From NCBI GenBank assembly GCA_035300725.1, contig DATGVE010000134.1, positions 981 to 64,980 on the forward strand: 64,000 nucleotides of DNA, written 5' to 3'. Origin of the DNA: Candidatus Eiseniibacteriota bacterium (lineage in GTDB: Bacteria > Chloroflexota > Dormibacteria > Dormibacterales > Dormibacteraceae). The translations under genes and the position numbers were made by a program. This document shows, piece by piece, positions 9,280-23,288 of this stretch; position 1 is the first letter of the stretch; the number at the start of each line of letters is the position of its first letter. A model generated the notes under the pieces. That model searched no databases. It saw only the letters and a program-made list of their open reading frames with translations, and was not told where the DNA came from.

Positions 9280-9699
9280 ATGCCATCGGTCTTTTCGCGC
9301 GCCAAAGAGCTCCTGGTTGATGTGCCGCGACACGGCAAGCTTGCCTATTGCCTGTTGCGGGACGACCGCGTGCCTGTCGCGCCCAAAGCGATCCTCCTCG
9401 GAGCCCTCGGCGTGATCGTCAGCCCGCTCGACTTCCCCGCCTGGATCCCCGTGCTCGGCGAGTTCGACATGCTGACGCTGGGCATCCTGGCGGTGGAGAC
9501 TTTCATCGAGGCGTGCCCGGAGGAGATTCGCCACGAGCACCAGGAGGCGATCGCGGCGAAGCAGAGCATTTTCGATCGAGATGTGCGTGACACGGCCGGC
9601 GCCGCGCGCTACGGCGCAGGGCGGATGGTGAACCGTATCCGCTCACGATGGCGGCGCAGTGATGAATATCAATCCGTGTCGGAGGGTCTAGGAAATTGA
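9280..9699 (+). CDS. DUF1232 (YkvA-like) membrane protein
   Basis: ATG 9280 within track ORF 8932..9699. SPLDFPAWIPVLGEFDMLTL resembles the DUF1232 D(L/F)IPDxIPxxGxxDD core. Confidence 0.65.
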   Translation: MPSVFSRAKELLVDVPRHGKLAYCLLRDDRVPVAPKAILLGALGVIVSPLDFPAWIPVLGEFDMLTLGILAVETFIEACPEEIRHEHQEAIAAKQSIFDRDVRDTAGAARYGAGRMVNRIRSRWRRSDEYQSVSEGLGN

Positions 9700-10145
9700 A
9701 GGTGATGCTGACCAAGGATGTCGAGAACGTCGGGCGGGCCGGCGACGTGAAAGAGGTGGCTGACGGCTATGGCCGCAACTTCCTGCTTCGCCGAAAGCTC
9801 GCGGTGCCGGCGGGCAAGGGTGTTGAAGAGGAGGCGAAGAGGCTGAAGGAGGCTGCGGTCAAGCGCGAGACCAAAGATCGCGTCGACGCCCAGGCGCTTG
9901 CCGACGAGATCGGCAACAAGACCGTCGTCGTCCGGTTGAAGATGGGCGCCGAGGACAAGGCTTTCGGCTCGATCACCAACCAGGATGTAGCAAGCGCGCT
10001 GAAGGCTCAGCACCGGGTGGAGATCGACCGCCACAAGATCGACATGAAGGAGCCGATCAAGACGCTGGGCGAGCACCAGGTCTCGCTCAAGCTGCACCGC
10101 GACGTGGCGGCCCACGTCAACGTGATCGTCACGCAGGACCGGTAG
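9696..10145 (+). CDS. rplI: 50S ribosomal protein L9
   Basis: 149 aa, MKVMLTKDVENVGRAGDVKEVADGYGRNFL. TTG start preceded by GGAGGG. Confidence 0.9.
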   Translation: MKVMLTKDVENVGRAGDVKEVADGYGRNFLLRRKLAVPAGKGVEEEAKRLKEAAVKRETKDRVDAQALADEIGNKTVVVRLKMGAEDKAFGSITNQDVASALKAQHRVEIDRHKIDMKEPIKTLGEHQVSLKLHRDVAAHVNVIVTQDR

Positions 10146-10148
10146 GCG

Positions 10149-10352
10149 TTAGTGGCGCCCGGCGGCCGAGCAGACCGCCTCTCGGGGCTCAGGACGCCGA
10201 TACGTGCGTCAGGGGGCCCGGCCCTTCGTCGTCACGCATCAACGGATGCGCTCCTCCTCGAGCCACCCCTTCCTTCGTCTCGGCGTCCGGACCGGCGACC
10301 TGACGGTCGCCTGCCCCGAGCGACGGCCCACCCGACCGCCGGGCTCCACTAG
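10149..10352 (+). repeat. structured TIR repeat element, copy B (204 nt)
   Basis: Terminal inverted repeats TTAGTGGCGCCCGGCGG (10149-10165) and CCGCCGGGCTCCACTAG (10336-10352). Nested pairings CTCGGGG/CCCCGAG and GGACGCCGA/TCGGCGTCC. Central hairpin CGCATC-AACG-GATGCG. Side hairpin GGCGACC-TGAC-GGTCGCC. Confidence 0.8.
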
Positions 10353-10353
10353 C

Positions 10354-15423
<5,070 letters not shown>

Positions 15424-15429
15424 CCGACG

Positions 15430-16557
15430 CTAGCCGGCCCTCGGCACGCTCTTGACGACTCGGAGGTTGGCTTCCCGCTGGCGCAGGCGTCGCGTCCGCT
15501 TCCAGCGGGCTGAGAGCAACGAACCTCCCCAGAACAGGAGTACGAACACCGCCATCACCGCCTGGACGCCGGCCACCGTGATGAACGCCGCCTCGATGCC
15601 GTAGCCATTTCTCCTCAAGCCGACCGCGAGAAGACCGGCGCCAAAGCCGAGCACGGGCCGGATGGCCCACGACCCGGGGAGCAGCCGCCGGTCGGCGAGC
15701 AGCAGCGCGGCCGCGAACCACGTCGGCCCGCTGTCGAGCTGAAAGACGTAGTTCCAGTGGAACGCGTAGATCGGAACTAGGGCGCCGAGCAGGAATGCGA
15801 CGAGCACGACCAGGCTCACTCGCCGCGCATACATCAACCAGGCGGCTCCAATCGCGACCGCGAGCAAGGAAGTCGCGAAGACGGGCCCGGGGACATTGCC
15901 GACATACAGCGCGATGGGATCGATCGCCGCCGCTGAGGGGCTGAAGTAGTGGTACCAAACGTTGATTGGGTCAGGGAACGGAGTGCCGTCGGCGGGTCTG
16001 ATGTATGCGAATGGTGCGCCTCGCGTGAGCAGCGCGACGCCTGCGTACGCAAGCAAGCCGGCTTGAGCGCGAATCGCGGGTATGTAGCGGGCCCTGAGCA
16101 GCTCCAGGATCACCGCGAGGCTCGCGATCTCGAGCGACGTGATAGGGCCGGCACCGGCTCCAATGAGAGCAACTGCAAATACTGCTGCGATCAGCGGGCT
16201 CGCCTGAGTTCGCGGTAGCTCCTTGCGCCACAGCAGGCGCGCCACGATCTGCCCAGCAATGCCGACGGCGAGCGCGATCGCCAGCATCTCCAAAGCCGGA
16301 ACCTTGAAGATGATGAGTCCCGCGATCACCGGCGGAGCCAGTGCTAGTCCGGTGATCAGGTCATTCGGCAGCGAGGCGGGTTTGAATGCAGCGCGGTCCA
16401 GTGTGGCCGCGGCTCGAGCCAGCACGCAGGGATTGTAGGCAAACCGCCCTCCTGGAGGCTGGACCGTCGACCACCCGGCTTGGGTGATAATCGGCAGGCT
16501 TGTGTCGCTTCCTGGTCGACGTTTTGCCGCGACGCTACTGGCATTTTGGGTCTTCAC
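15430..16557 (-). CDS. polytopic integral membrane protein (possibly RnfD/NqrB-like)
   Basis: 375-aa ORF with ~9 hydrophobic helices and high GC3. Family assignment is only a weak impression. Confidence 0.4.
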   Translation of the reverse strand: MKTQNASSVAAKRRPGSDTSLPIITQAGWSTVQPPGGRFAYNPCVLARAAATLDRAAFKPASLPNDLITGLALAPPVIAGLIIFKVPALEMLAIALAVGIAGQIVARLLWRKELPRTQASPLIAAVFAVALIGAGAGPITSLEIASLAVILELLRARYIPAIRAQAGLLAYAGVALLTRGAPFAYIRPADGTPFPDPINVWYHYFSPSAAAIDPIALYVGNVPGPVFATSLLAVAIGAAWLMYARRVSLVVLVAFLLGALVPIYAFHWNYVFQLDSGPTWFAAALLLADRRLLPGSWAIRPVLGFGAGLLAVGLRRNGYGIEAAFITVAGVQAVMAVFVLLFWGGSLLSARWKRTRRLRQREANLRVVKSVPRAG

Positions 16558-17746
16558 GTTCGCCTCGATGGGCGTTCTCGCAGACGCGCCACCGCCTTCT
16601 ACGTGGGTGGCGCTGAAGGCCCTACCGCATCAAGGCCGGTCGGCCATCTTCGCGCTCGCCGTTGATCCAACGAACAACCAGGTGGTCGTCGCAGGCAACT
16701 CAGCGGGCGCGCTTCTCAGAAGCACCGATGGCGCCGCGACCTGGACCCAGGTGTACACCGGCAAAGCCGCGCCCACAGGCATCGTGTTCAATCCGTTCAA
16801 GACCGGGGTCGTGCTCGCCGGCACGCGCGGCGCCGGCGCAGTGCTGAGCCGGGACGGCGGGGCCACGTGGTCTGTGGCCAACGGGCTCGACGGGCGCGTC
16901 GTGCGCGCCTTCGGCTTTGCGCGCACCCTCGTCGTGGCCGGCACCGACAAAGGAGTCTTCCTCAGCCAGGACGGAAGCTCGTGGTCGCAGTCTGGACTTG
17001 CGGAAAGAAGCATCGATGCCATTGCGGTGGCGGCCGTGAATCCGCCGATCCGCATCCTGGTGGGTTCTGACGGACCGCTCTCCGTCGGCAACCTGCAGAT
17101 GTACCAGAGCATCGACGGTGGCGCCAGGTGGTCGGTGCTGAATCCGCCGATCAGCGGAACATTTGTGGTCGAGCTCGCGGCGAGTCCTCTGCCCCCAACC
17201 GGCACCACCAGGCGGCTGCTCGCCGGCACCAATGCCGGCCTTTTCTCATCGAGCGACAACGGAGCCTCGTTCGTCGCGCTCAGCGGAGGAAGCGTGCTGC
17301 CCTCGACCGACTACACGCGGGTCGCCTTCATTACAGACCATTTCGACCGCTTCTACGCGGCGAGCGACGGTGGCGGCTCGCGCGCCGGTGGGCTTTGGCG
17401 TACGAACGATGCGGGTCAGAATTTCATGTCCCTTGAACCGCCTATGCCCTCCATCACCGCGCTTGCGGTCTCCAATGACGAGTCCCCAACGCTCTACGTC
17501 GCGGCTTTCCGGCCGGCCGACCATGTAGCTGCTCTGTGGGTCTACCGCGACACAGGAGGAACACCACTGAGTCCCGTTGCGTCTCCGACGCCCGTCGCCA
17601 GTGGGAGCCGGACCGCGGGTGTTCCTGGCTCGAGCGTGTTCGACCTCCTGAAGCTGTCCCAGGCGCCTTATGTCGCGCTAGGCATCGGCGCCTTGCTGAT
17701 CGTCCTCTTGGCCGGCGTCGCCCATCTGCGCGGCCGCCGCCACTAG
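16484..17746 (+). CDS. secreted BNR/Asp-box repeat beta-propeller protein (Ycf48/sialidase-like) with C-terminal TM anchor
   Basis: Signal peptide. Repeated Asp-boxes STDGAATW, SRDGGATW, SQDGSSW, SIDGGARW, SSDNGASF. C-terminal hydrophobic helix + RGRRH. Confidence 0.7.
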   Translation: MIIGRLVSLPGRRFAATLLAFWVFTFASMGVLADAPPPSTWVALKALPHQGRSAIFALAVDPTNNQVVVAGNSAGALLRSTDGAATWTQVYTGKAAPTGIVFNPFKTGVVLAGTRGAGAVLSRDGGATWSVANGLDGRVVRAFGFARTLVVAGTDKGVFLSQDGSSWSQSGLAERSIDAIAVAAVNPPIRILVGSDGPLSVGNLQMYQSIDGGARWSVLNPPISGTFVVELAASPLPPTGTTRRLLAGTNAGLFSSSDNGASFVALSGGSVLPSTDYTRVAFITDHFDRFYAASDGGGSRAGGLWRTNDAGQNFMSLEPPMPSITALAVSNDESPTLYVAAFRPADHVAALWVYRDTGGTPLSPVASPTPVASGSRTAGVPGSSVFDLLKLSQAPYVALGIGALLIVLLAGVAHLRGRRH

Positions 17747-17757
17747 ACTCCCTCGAG

Positions 17758-18234
17758 TTGCCAACACCGCACGAACGTCTGCAAACCCTGGGACTGAAGC
17801 TGCCCGCACCACCGGCGGCCTTAGCCTCCTACCTGCCGACCAGGCTGGTCCCGATCGGCGATGGGCGCGCGCTGCTTTACGTGGCGGGCCAGGTCTCGGT
17901 TCAGGACGGCAAGCGTCTGACAGGTCGATGTCCGGACGAGGTGACGGTTGAAGAGGCGCAGGCGCGGGCGCGCGTATGTGCGCTCAACGTCCTGGCGCAG
18001 ATTGAAGCGGCGGCCGGCCTGGACAACGTCGAACAGGTGACGCAAGTGATCGGCTTCGTGCTGTCTGCCGACGGCTTCGGCGATCAGCCGAAGGTGCTGA
18101 ACGGAGCCTCGGACCTCCTGGTCGACGTGCTTGGCGATGCAGGCCGGCATACCAGGGCGGCCCTGGGGACGAATGCGCTTCCTTTCTCCGTCACTGTTGA
18201 AATCGCGGCGGTGGCTGTTGTCCGCACCCGCTGA
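17758..18234 (+). CDS. RidA/YjgF family protein
   Basis: TTG 17758 in frame with track ORF 17536..18234. LYVAGQVS...RHTRAALGTNALPFSVTVEIAAV is typical of the RidA fold. Confidence 0.7.
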   Translation: MPTPHERLQTLGLKLPAPPAALASYLPTRLVPIGDGRALLYVAGQVSVQDGKRLTGRCPDEVTVEEAQARARVCALNVLAQIEAAAGLDNVEQVTQVIGFVLSADGFGDQPKVLNGASDLLVDVLGDAGRHTRAALGTNALPFSVTVEIAAVAVVRTR

Positions 18235-18247
18235 GGCGGAGCCGTAG

Positions 18248-19126
18248 GTGCGCCGTCCGCGGGTACTCCTGGTCGGCAGCGTCATCTATCTCGCCCTGAT
18301 CTTTGGCGTGATGCTGTGGCAGGGCATCTCGATCGAGCCGGAGTGGGTGCTGCTGGTGCTCCTCGTCATTGCCGTCGCTCTTGGCCGCGGCCGCACGTTC
18401 ATCACCGACTGGACGCCGTTCCTCTTGCTGTTCCTGGCCTACGAGGCGATGAGGGGTTACGCGTCGAAGACCAACTTTGCGCCGCACGATCTTTCCGGAA
18501 TGGAACGGTGGCTCTTCGCAGGCACTATTCCGACGCTGATACTTCAGCACGCCTTCTACCACGCAGGCGTAGTGGGTCTACAGGACATCGCCGCGATGAT
18601 TTTCTATTTCATGCATTTCGTCCTGCCGATCGTGGTCGGGTTCGTTTTCTGGGTCACCGATCGCGAGTACTACTGGCGCTTCGTGGCTGCCCTGCTTCTG
18701 ATGTGCTTCCTGGCCTTCGTGACCTATCTCTTCTGGCCGAGCGCTCCGCCGTGGTTTCAGCTGCCCCACGAGGTAGTCAAGATCAACGACAAGACCGTTC
18801 ATGCGATCTGGGGCTATACGCTGGTAACTCCGCTCTACCACAGCTTCAATCCGAACCAGTTCGCGGCCTTCCCCTCGCTCCATGCGGCCTTCCCGATGCT
18901 GGCCACTGTTTACGCGTGGCAACGCTACCGGCTCCTCGCGGTAGGACTGTTCCTATGGTCGGTGGCCGTGCTGGTGTCGATCGTGTACCTCGGTGAGCAC
19001 TACGTAGTCGACGCGCTCGTCGCGATCCCCTATGTAGCGGCCGCCACGATCATCGTCGAGATGTTCAGCCGCCGCCGGGGCCGCAGAGCGCCGAGAGGTC
19101 CTACGCCTGCCAGACCTTCCGCATGA
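18248..19126 (+). CDS. PAP2-superfamily membrane protein (PAP2_C / inositolphosphorylceramide-synthase-like)
   Basis: 292 aa, multi-TM, with FPSLHAAFP and GEHYVVD phosphatase motifs. Confidence 0.7.
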   Translation: MRRPRVLLVGSVIYLALIFGVMLWQGISIEPEWVLLVLLVIAVALGRGRTFITDWTPFLLLFLAYEAMRGYASKTNFAPHDLSGMERWLFAGTIPTLILQHAFYHAGVVGLQDIAAMIFYFMHFVLPIVVGFVFWVTDREYYWRFVAALLLMCFLAFVTYLFWPSAPPWFQLPHEVVKINDKTVHAIWGYTLVTPLYHSFNPNQFAAFPSLHAAFPMLATVYAWQRYRLLAVGLFLWSVAVLVSIVYLGEHYVVDALVAIPYVAAATIIVEMFSRRRGRRAPRGPTPARPSA

Positions 19127-20375
19127 TCACGCGCGCGAGTTTTTCTGGATCGTGGTGCGAGGGCAGCCTCACGTTGACAACGTCCGCGGCGATGAACCTC
19201 ACCTCGGGGTGCCTGGTCACATCCACGGGCTGGAAGATCACCTGAGATTGCCCGCCGGTTGGAGCGTGCGCGAGGTTGGAATTGACCAGCACGAAGTCGA
19301 ACAGGTTGGACCCGACGTGTTCCTGGATCACTCTCAGGTAATCGTCGACCGCGTAGCCATCGGTCTCTCCGGCCTGCGCGGCCAGGTTGCAGATGTAGAC
19401 CTTTAGCGCGGGCGAGGCCTTGATCGCCTCGACCATTCCCTCGACGAGGAGGTTGGGCATGATGGATGTGTACAGCGACCCAGGGCCGACGATGATCAGC
19501 TCGGCGTTGAGGATGGCCTGAGCCGCTTCAGGGTTGATTTGCGCGCCATCCGGCTTGAGGAAGACGTGGCTTATCGGCGCATTCTGCTTCGGGATTTTCG
19601 ACTCGCCTTCAACCGTGCTGCCGTTGATGGACGCGACCAGCGTCACGTCCTGCAGCGTCGAGGGAACGATTGTCCCTTTGACCGCGAGGATCTTGCCGGA
19701 CTCTCGCAGCGCATGCTCGAAATTTCCCGTGACGTCGGCCATCGCCATGATGAACAGGTTCCCGAACGAATGACCGTCGAGCGATCCTTCCCTGAACCGG
19801 TGATCGAAAAGCTGCTTCATCAAGGGCTCCGCGTCGGCGAGCGCGATGAGGCACTGACGGAAGTCGCCGGGAGGGAGGATCCGATACTCGTCTCGCAGCC
19901 TTCCCGAGGAGCCGCCGTCGTCCGCGACGGTGACGATGACCGATAGGTTTGACGTGTAGACCTTCAAGCCACGAAGCAAAGAGCTCAAGCCCGTTCCACC
20001 GCCGATCGCCACGATGCGAGGGCCGCGACCTCGTAGGCGGAATGCGTGAATCACCTCGACGATGCTGCTCGTGTTGGTGCCGGGCAGGAACGGACCCAGA
20101 ACGGATTGCGTGAGCTTCAGGTAGCTGAACAGCAGCAGGCCCACACCAACGATGCCAAAGATCGTCGCGCGTACCCAGTAAGGCCAGAACTGGAGCGTGA
20201 TGTAGTAGAACTCGATCGGCAGTCTTATCCCCTGGTAGATCTCCTTCAGGGCGTAGGCGACACCGAGCACGAGTACAAGCTCGGCGAACATGAGCAGCAG
20301 GAGCCAGCGCTTGATCTGTAGACCAGGCGTTAGCCAGCGCAGCCAGCTTGCTGTGGATTGAAGCTTCTTGGCCAT
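19101..20375 (-). CDS. yvcK: YvcK/CofD-family gluconeogenesis factor with N-terminal membrane segment
   Basis: AIGGGTGLSSLLRGLK and VTVADDGGSSGRLR motifs. About 95-aa N-terminal extension with 2-3 TM helices. Confidence 0.85.
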   Translation of the reverse strand: MAKKLQSTASWLRWLTPGLQIKRWLLLLMFAELVLVLGVAYALKEIYQGIRLPIEFYYITLQFWPYWVRATIFGIVGVGLLLFSYLKLTQSVLGPFLPGTNTSSIVEVIHAFRLRGRGPRIVAIGGGTGLSSLLRGLKVYTSNLSVIVTVADDGGSSGRLRDEYRILPPGDFRQCLIALADAEPLMKQLFDHRFREGSLDGHSFGNLFIMAMADVTGNFEHALRESGKILAVKGTIVPSTLQDVTLVASINGSTVEGESKIPKQNAPISHVFLKPDGAQINPEAAQAILNAELIIVGPGSLYTSIMPNLLVEGMVEAIKASPALKVYICNLAAQAGETDGYAVDDYLRVIQEHVGSNLFDFVLVNSNLAHAPTGGQSQVIFQPVDVTRHPEVRFIAADVVNVRLPSHHDPEKLARVIMRKVWQA

Positions 20376-20441
20376 CTACCCCCGGTGCGACAACGTTTTC
20401 AAAACGTGCAAAGTTACTTTGGTACTACGCTTCACTGCAGT

Positions 20442-20819
20442 ATGCGGACTTTACGGCGTGTGCGGCGGCTGGTGCGGTTTGCGGCCTTTGGCTTGGTTGT
20501 GGCGGCGGTCGCCACCGAGTTGTCCAAACCGGAGCCGGAGCGAACCTGGCAGGGGCGGGTGTTCGACGTCGTTCCGTACGATTTCCGGCCGCCAACCTGG
20601 CAGCGGATTCGGGACGCGTACTGGAATCCCGATTCGGACCGCCTGTTCAGCGACCGTGTGTTTGGTGTCGGCTGGGCGGTCAACCTCTACCGGGCGAAGA
20701 CGCTCATGGAAGAGGCTTTCGGCCGGCTGATGGGCTCTCCAGAGCCAATTTCGATCCGGATGACGGTGCGATCGGAGAGCTCCTCCAAGAAGCCCGACGC
20801 CGTCATCACCCGGGAATAA
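20442..20819 (+). CDS. small membrane-anchored protein, DUF5808-like
   Basis: ATG 20442 within track ORF 20358..20819. TM helix followed by FSDRVFGVGWAVNLYR, which resembles the DUF5808 core. Confidence 0.45.
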   Translation: MRTLRRVRRLVRFAAFGLVVAAVATELSKPEPERTWQGRVFDVVPYDFRPPTWQRIRDAYWNPDSDRLFSDRVFGVGWAVNLYRAKTLMEEAFGRLMGSPEPISIRMTVRSESSSKKPDAVITRE

Positions 20820-20822
20820 GAA

Positions 20823-20856
20823 GAGGCCCCGCGGGGGGTAAATACCGCGAGGCCTC
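20823..20856 (+). terminator. stem-loop downstream of the DUF5808-like gene
   Basis: GAGGCC...GGCCTC outer stem with inner CGCGG/CCGCG pairing, 4 nt after the stop. No U-tract. Confidence 0.35.
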
Positions 20857-20969
20857 AGAGGGTCGACGGGCAAATGTTTTCAATCTGCGCGTAACAAAAT
20901 CAGCAACAATTTCGCCGGGCCGGCCGACCCGACGACGCTTGGCTGGGACAATCAAAGCGGTAACGACTT

Positions 20970-21044
20970 TGGGGAGTGGCGCAACGGTAGCGCAGCTGAC
21001 TCTGGATCAGAAGGTTGAAGGTTCGAATCCTTCCTCCCCAGCCA
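20970..21044 (+). tRNA. tRNA-Gln (anticodon CUG), CCA encoded
   Basis: Manual cloverleaf. Acceptor TGGGGAG/CTCCCCA, D arm GCGC-AACGGTA-GCGC, anticodon loop CTCTGGA. T arm GAAGG-TTCGAAT-CCTTC, discriminator G + CCA. The U1-A72/G73 signature matches bacterial tRNA-Gln. Confidence 0.9.
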
Positions 21045-21056
21045 ACAAATGATCAA

Positions 21057-22136
21057 TCAGTTGGCGTTCCGCGAACGCAGATACCGACGTTCACCGGACG
21101 ATCTGAGGAGAAGAGGCAGGCGGCCGCTTAGAAGCAACCGGCGCTCGCGAACCAGCACTGCCGTGCCCGCGAGGTCGGGCAGCATCATGTCCGGCCCGCC
21201 TGGCCGGAGAATCGGCTTCGCGGAGTCGCCCCTGAGAGCACGGGCAACGTTGTTGGCCACGCCACTGGCGGTGGCTTGAATAGACCGCAGCGTGGGGGGA
21301 AGACGATAGCCCTCTGGCACAGCGACAACGTCGCCAATACCCCAAACAGCGGCTGCGGCAGCCATCGTGTTGTTAACTCGCAACAGTGCGTGCTCGTCTA
21401 CAAGGGCGGGCGGTAGCCAAGCCGTGGTACCGCGAAGGGGCGCGGCCACGGCGATTACGTCGGCGGTGATCATGCGCCCTCCAACTTCAACTGTTCCATT
21501 ACCGATCCGCTCAACAGCCCCTTCAGTGACGAGCCGCGCTCCGCGCCTCTCGAACAGGCTTCTGATGTGAGCCGTCGCCCTGTCGCCGAAGCGGCGTGCC
21601 AGGGTGCCATCGCCATCGATCGCTGTCACCTTGACACCGGGACGATGGGCGGCGATCCAGCCCGCATATTCGAGCCCTGGTCCCGGCCGTTCCCAGCCGA
21701 AGACAACGACAACGTTGATATTCGACGCCGCGACCCGAGCTGCGAACTCGGCCGCGTCGTTTAGGTCGCAAGGAAAGAGTGCATGGTCACGGGCTCCCGT
21801 GATGCGGGTACGGTCGGCGACCGCCCCGGTGGCCACCACCAACTGGTCATATTCGATCTCTGCGCCGGAGCTGAGGACAACACGATGGGCCATGACGTCA
21901 GCGCCGATAACCGTGCCGGCTATTACGTCGACCCGCGCCGCAGCAAGGAGGCGAGCGAGTGGGATCACTGGCGGCGGCGGGCCCCCGGCCGGGACGCGGA
22001 TTAGCCACGGCCGGTAAGTCAACTGCGTCTCGCTGCTGATCACCGTCACGCGGATCGCGGGGCGCTGGCTGCTTAGCGCCAGGGCAACCTCAAGAGAGGC
22101 GAACCCGCCCCCGACGACTACTGCGGCGCCGGTCAC
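21057..22136 (-). CDS. FAD/NAD(P)-dependent pyridine-nucleotide-disulfide oxidoreductase (SQR / NDH-2-like)
   Basis: GTG 22136 gives N-terminal VTGAAVVVGGGFASLEVALAL Rossmann motif. A second dinucleotide fold (INVVVVFG) and GIGDVV near the C-terminus. The longer track ORF extension is rejected. Confidence 0.75.
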   Translation of the reverse strand: MTGAAVVVGGGFASLEVALALSSQRPAIRVTVISSETQLTYRPWLIRVPAGGPPPPVIPLARLLAAARVDVIAGTVIGADVMAHRVVLSSGAEIEYDQLVVATGAVADRTRITGARDHALFPCDLNDAAEFAARVAASNINVVVVFGWERPGPGLEYAGWIAAHRPGVKVTAIDGDGTLARRFGDRATAHIRSLFERRGARLVTEGAVERIGNGTVEVGGRMITADVIAVAAPLRGTTAWLPPALVDEHALLRVNNTMAAAAAVWGIGDVVAVPEGYRLPPTLRSIQATASGVANNVARALRGDSAKPILRPGGPDMMLPDLAGTAVLVRERRLLLSGRLPLLLRSSGERRYLRSRNAN

Positions 22137-22369
22137 CTGCGCGCTCTTGTCATGATCCGACCGAAAGCCGGCGGTGAAACGTCTGCCAGGTCGATCACAG
22201 TCACCACTCCGAGCGCATGGAAAACGAGCGGGCTGCGCTCGGCGATTACTACTCCATTGTGTGACCCCTCGTCCATGGCGACTGCCTGGTAGTAGGCCGT
22301 CGCCACCGTCGGGTTCAAATGGATCAGCGCCGGAAGGAGCGAATCCAGAAGCCGGCCCAGTCTGTTCAT
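22133..22369 (-). CDS. small hypothetical protein translationally coupled to the oxidoreductase
   Basis: 78-aa ORF from ATG 22369 (GGGTGGGGA upstream). Its TGA overlaps the downstream GTG (GTGA). Confidence 0.4.
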   Translation of the reverse strand: MNRLGRLLDSLLPALIHLNPTVATAYYQAVAMDEGSHNGVVIAERSPLVFHALGVVTVIDLADVSPPAFGRIMTRARR

Positions 22370-22445
22370 TCCCCACCCCAATCGACCTAGTGGATTTCCC
22401 TATTTACTAGAGATGACCTAATATCGATAGTCTGTTACTCTATCC

Positions 22446-23090
22446 GTGTTGATCAAGCCTGTCAAGACAACTCGCACCTATAACGGGGCGCTGCGCACCG
22501 AGCACGCGCAAATGACTCGGACCCGCATCCTCGACGCGGCTCGAAGGCTTCTCGTCAGCGGGACCTACAGCAGCGTCACGATGGAGGAGATCGCCAAAGA
22601 AGCCGGCGTCTCTTACCAAACTGTGTATGCGATTTTCGGTAGCAAGCCGCGACTCGCACAAGGCCTCATTGAGGTGGGGTTCCCTCATGTCGCGGACGCA
22701 TTGAAGCTGCTCGATGCGGTGCGACAATCGGACGACGCTGAACTCGGGCTTCGCACTGGCGCCCGCGTCTCCCGCCTCATCTATGAAATCTGTGCGGATC
22801 TCCTCCGCTTCATTCGGGAGTCCGGCGATCCAGCCCTACTCGCGCACTATCGCGAGAGGGAGGAGCAACGATTAACCGACATGACTCATTTCGGCCTGCC
22901 GTCGATGTTGGAGCGAAGCGGCCGGCTGCGGGCGGGAATCTCATCGTTGGAGGCGGTAGCTGTGATCTGGGCATTGACTGGCCCCGACCAATATTCCCAG
23001 CTGGTCTTCCAAAGAGGCTGGCTGCCATCCCGCTACGAGGACTGGTTGGGGAACGCGCTGATCAACATGCTTCTTCGACCAGCGAGCTAA
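22446..23090 (+). CDS. TetR/AcrR family transcriptional regulator
   Basis: HTH TMEEIAKEAGVSYQTVYAIFGSK. Divergent from the oxidoreductase operon across an unusually AT-rich 64-bp spacer. Confidence 0.85.
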   Translation: MLIKPVKTTRTYNGALRTEHAQMTRTRILDAARRLLVSGTYSSVTMEEIAKEAGVSYQTVYAIFGSKPRLAQGLIEVGFPHVADALKLLDAVRQSDDAELGLRTGARVSRLIYEICADLLRFIRESGDPALLAHYREREEQRLTDMTHFGLPSMLERSGRLRAGISSLEAVAVIWALTGPDQYSQLVFQRGWLPSRYEDWLGNALINMLLRPAS

Positions 23091-23243
23091 GAGCTCATGT
23101 CGTCGAGGCAGTGGCTGGATTGATGCGCTATGTGCTGGATTAGCGCCAAATTCGCGCCCTGGGCTCAGATGCGGAGCAGCCGCAAATTCACTTATCAGAC
23201 GCGGTAGCTCGATTCGGAACTTTGGTTGTCGATAACAAGTGTT

Positions 23244-23288
23244 GCTCTGGAACAGAAGGTCGAAGGTTCGAATCCTTCCTCCCCAGCC
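23244..23288 (+). pseudogene. tRNA-Gln 3' half copy (anticodon loop to CCA), no functional 5' half
   Basis: CTCTGGAACAGAAGGTCGAAGGTTCGAATCCTTCCTCCCCAGCCA matches 21000-21044 with 3 substitutions. The upstream sequence cannot form the acceptor or D arms. Confidence 0.8.

Noticed and set aside
10204-10353. N-terminal 50-60 aa extension of the dnaB track ORF, and the similar peptides translated from 9054..9236 and 10152..10352.
   Set aside because: The shared peptide similarity (…DALLL.PPLP..RRPDR…) is just the translation of repeat elements A and B. DnaB homology begins at VPPNDLDAE.
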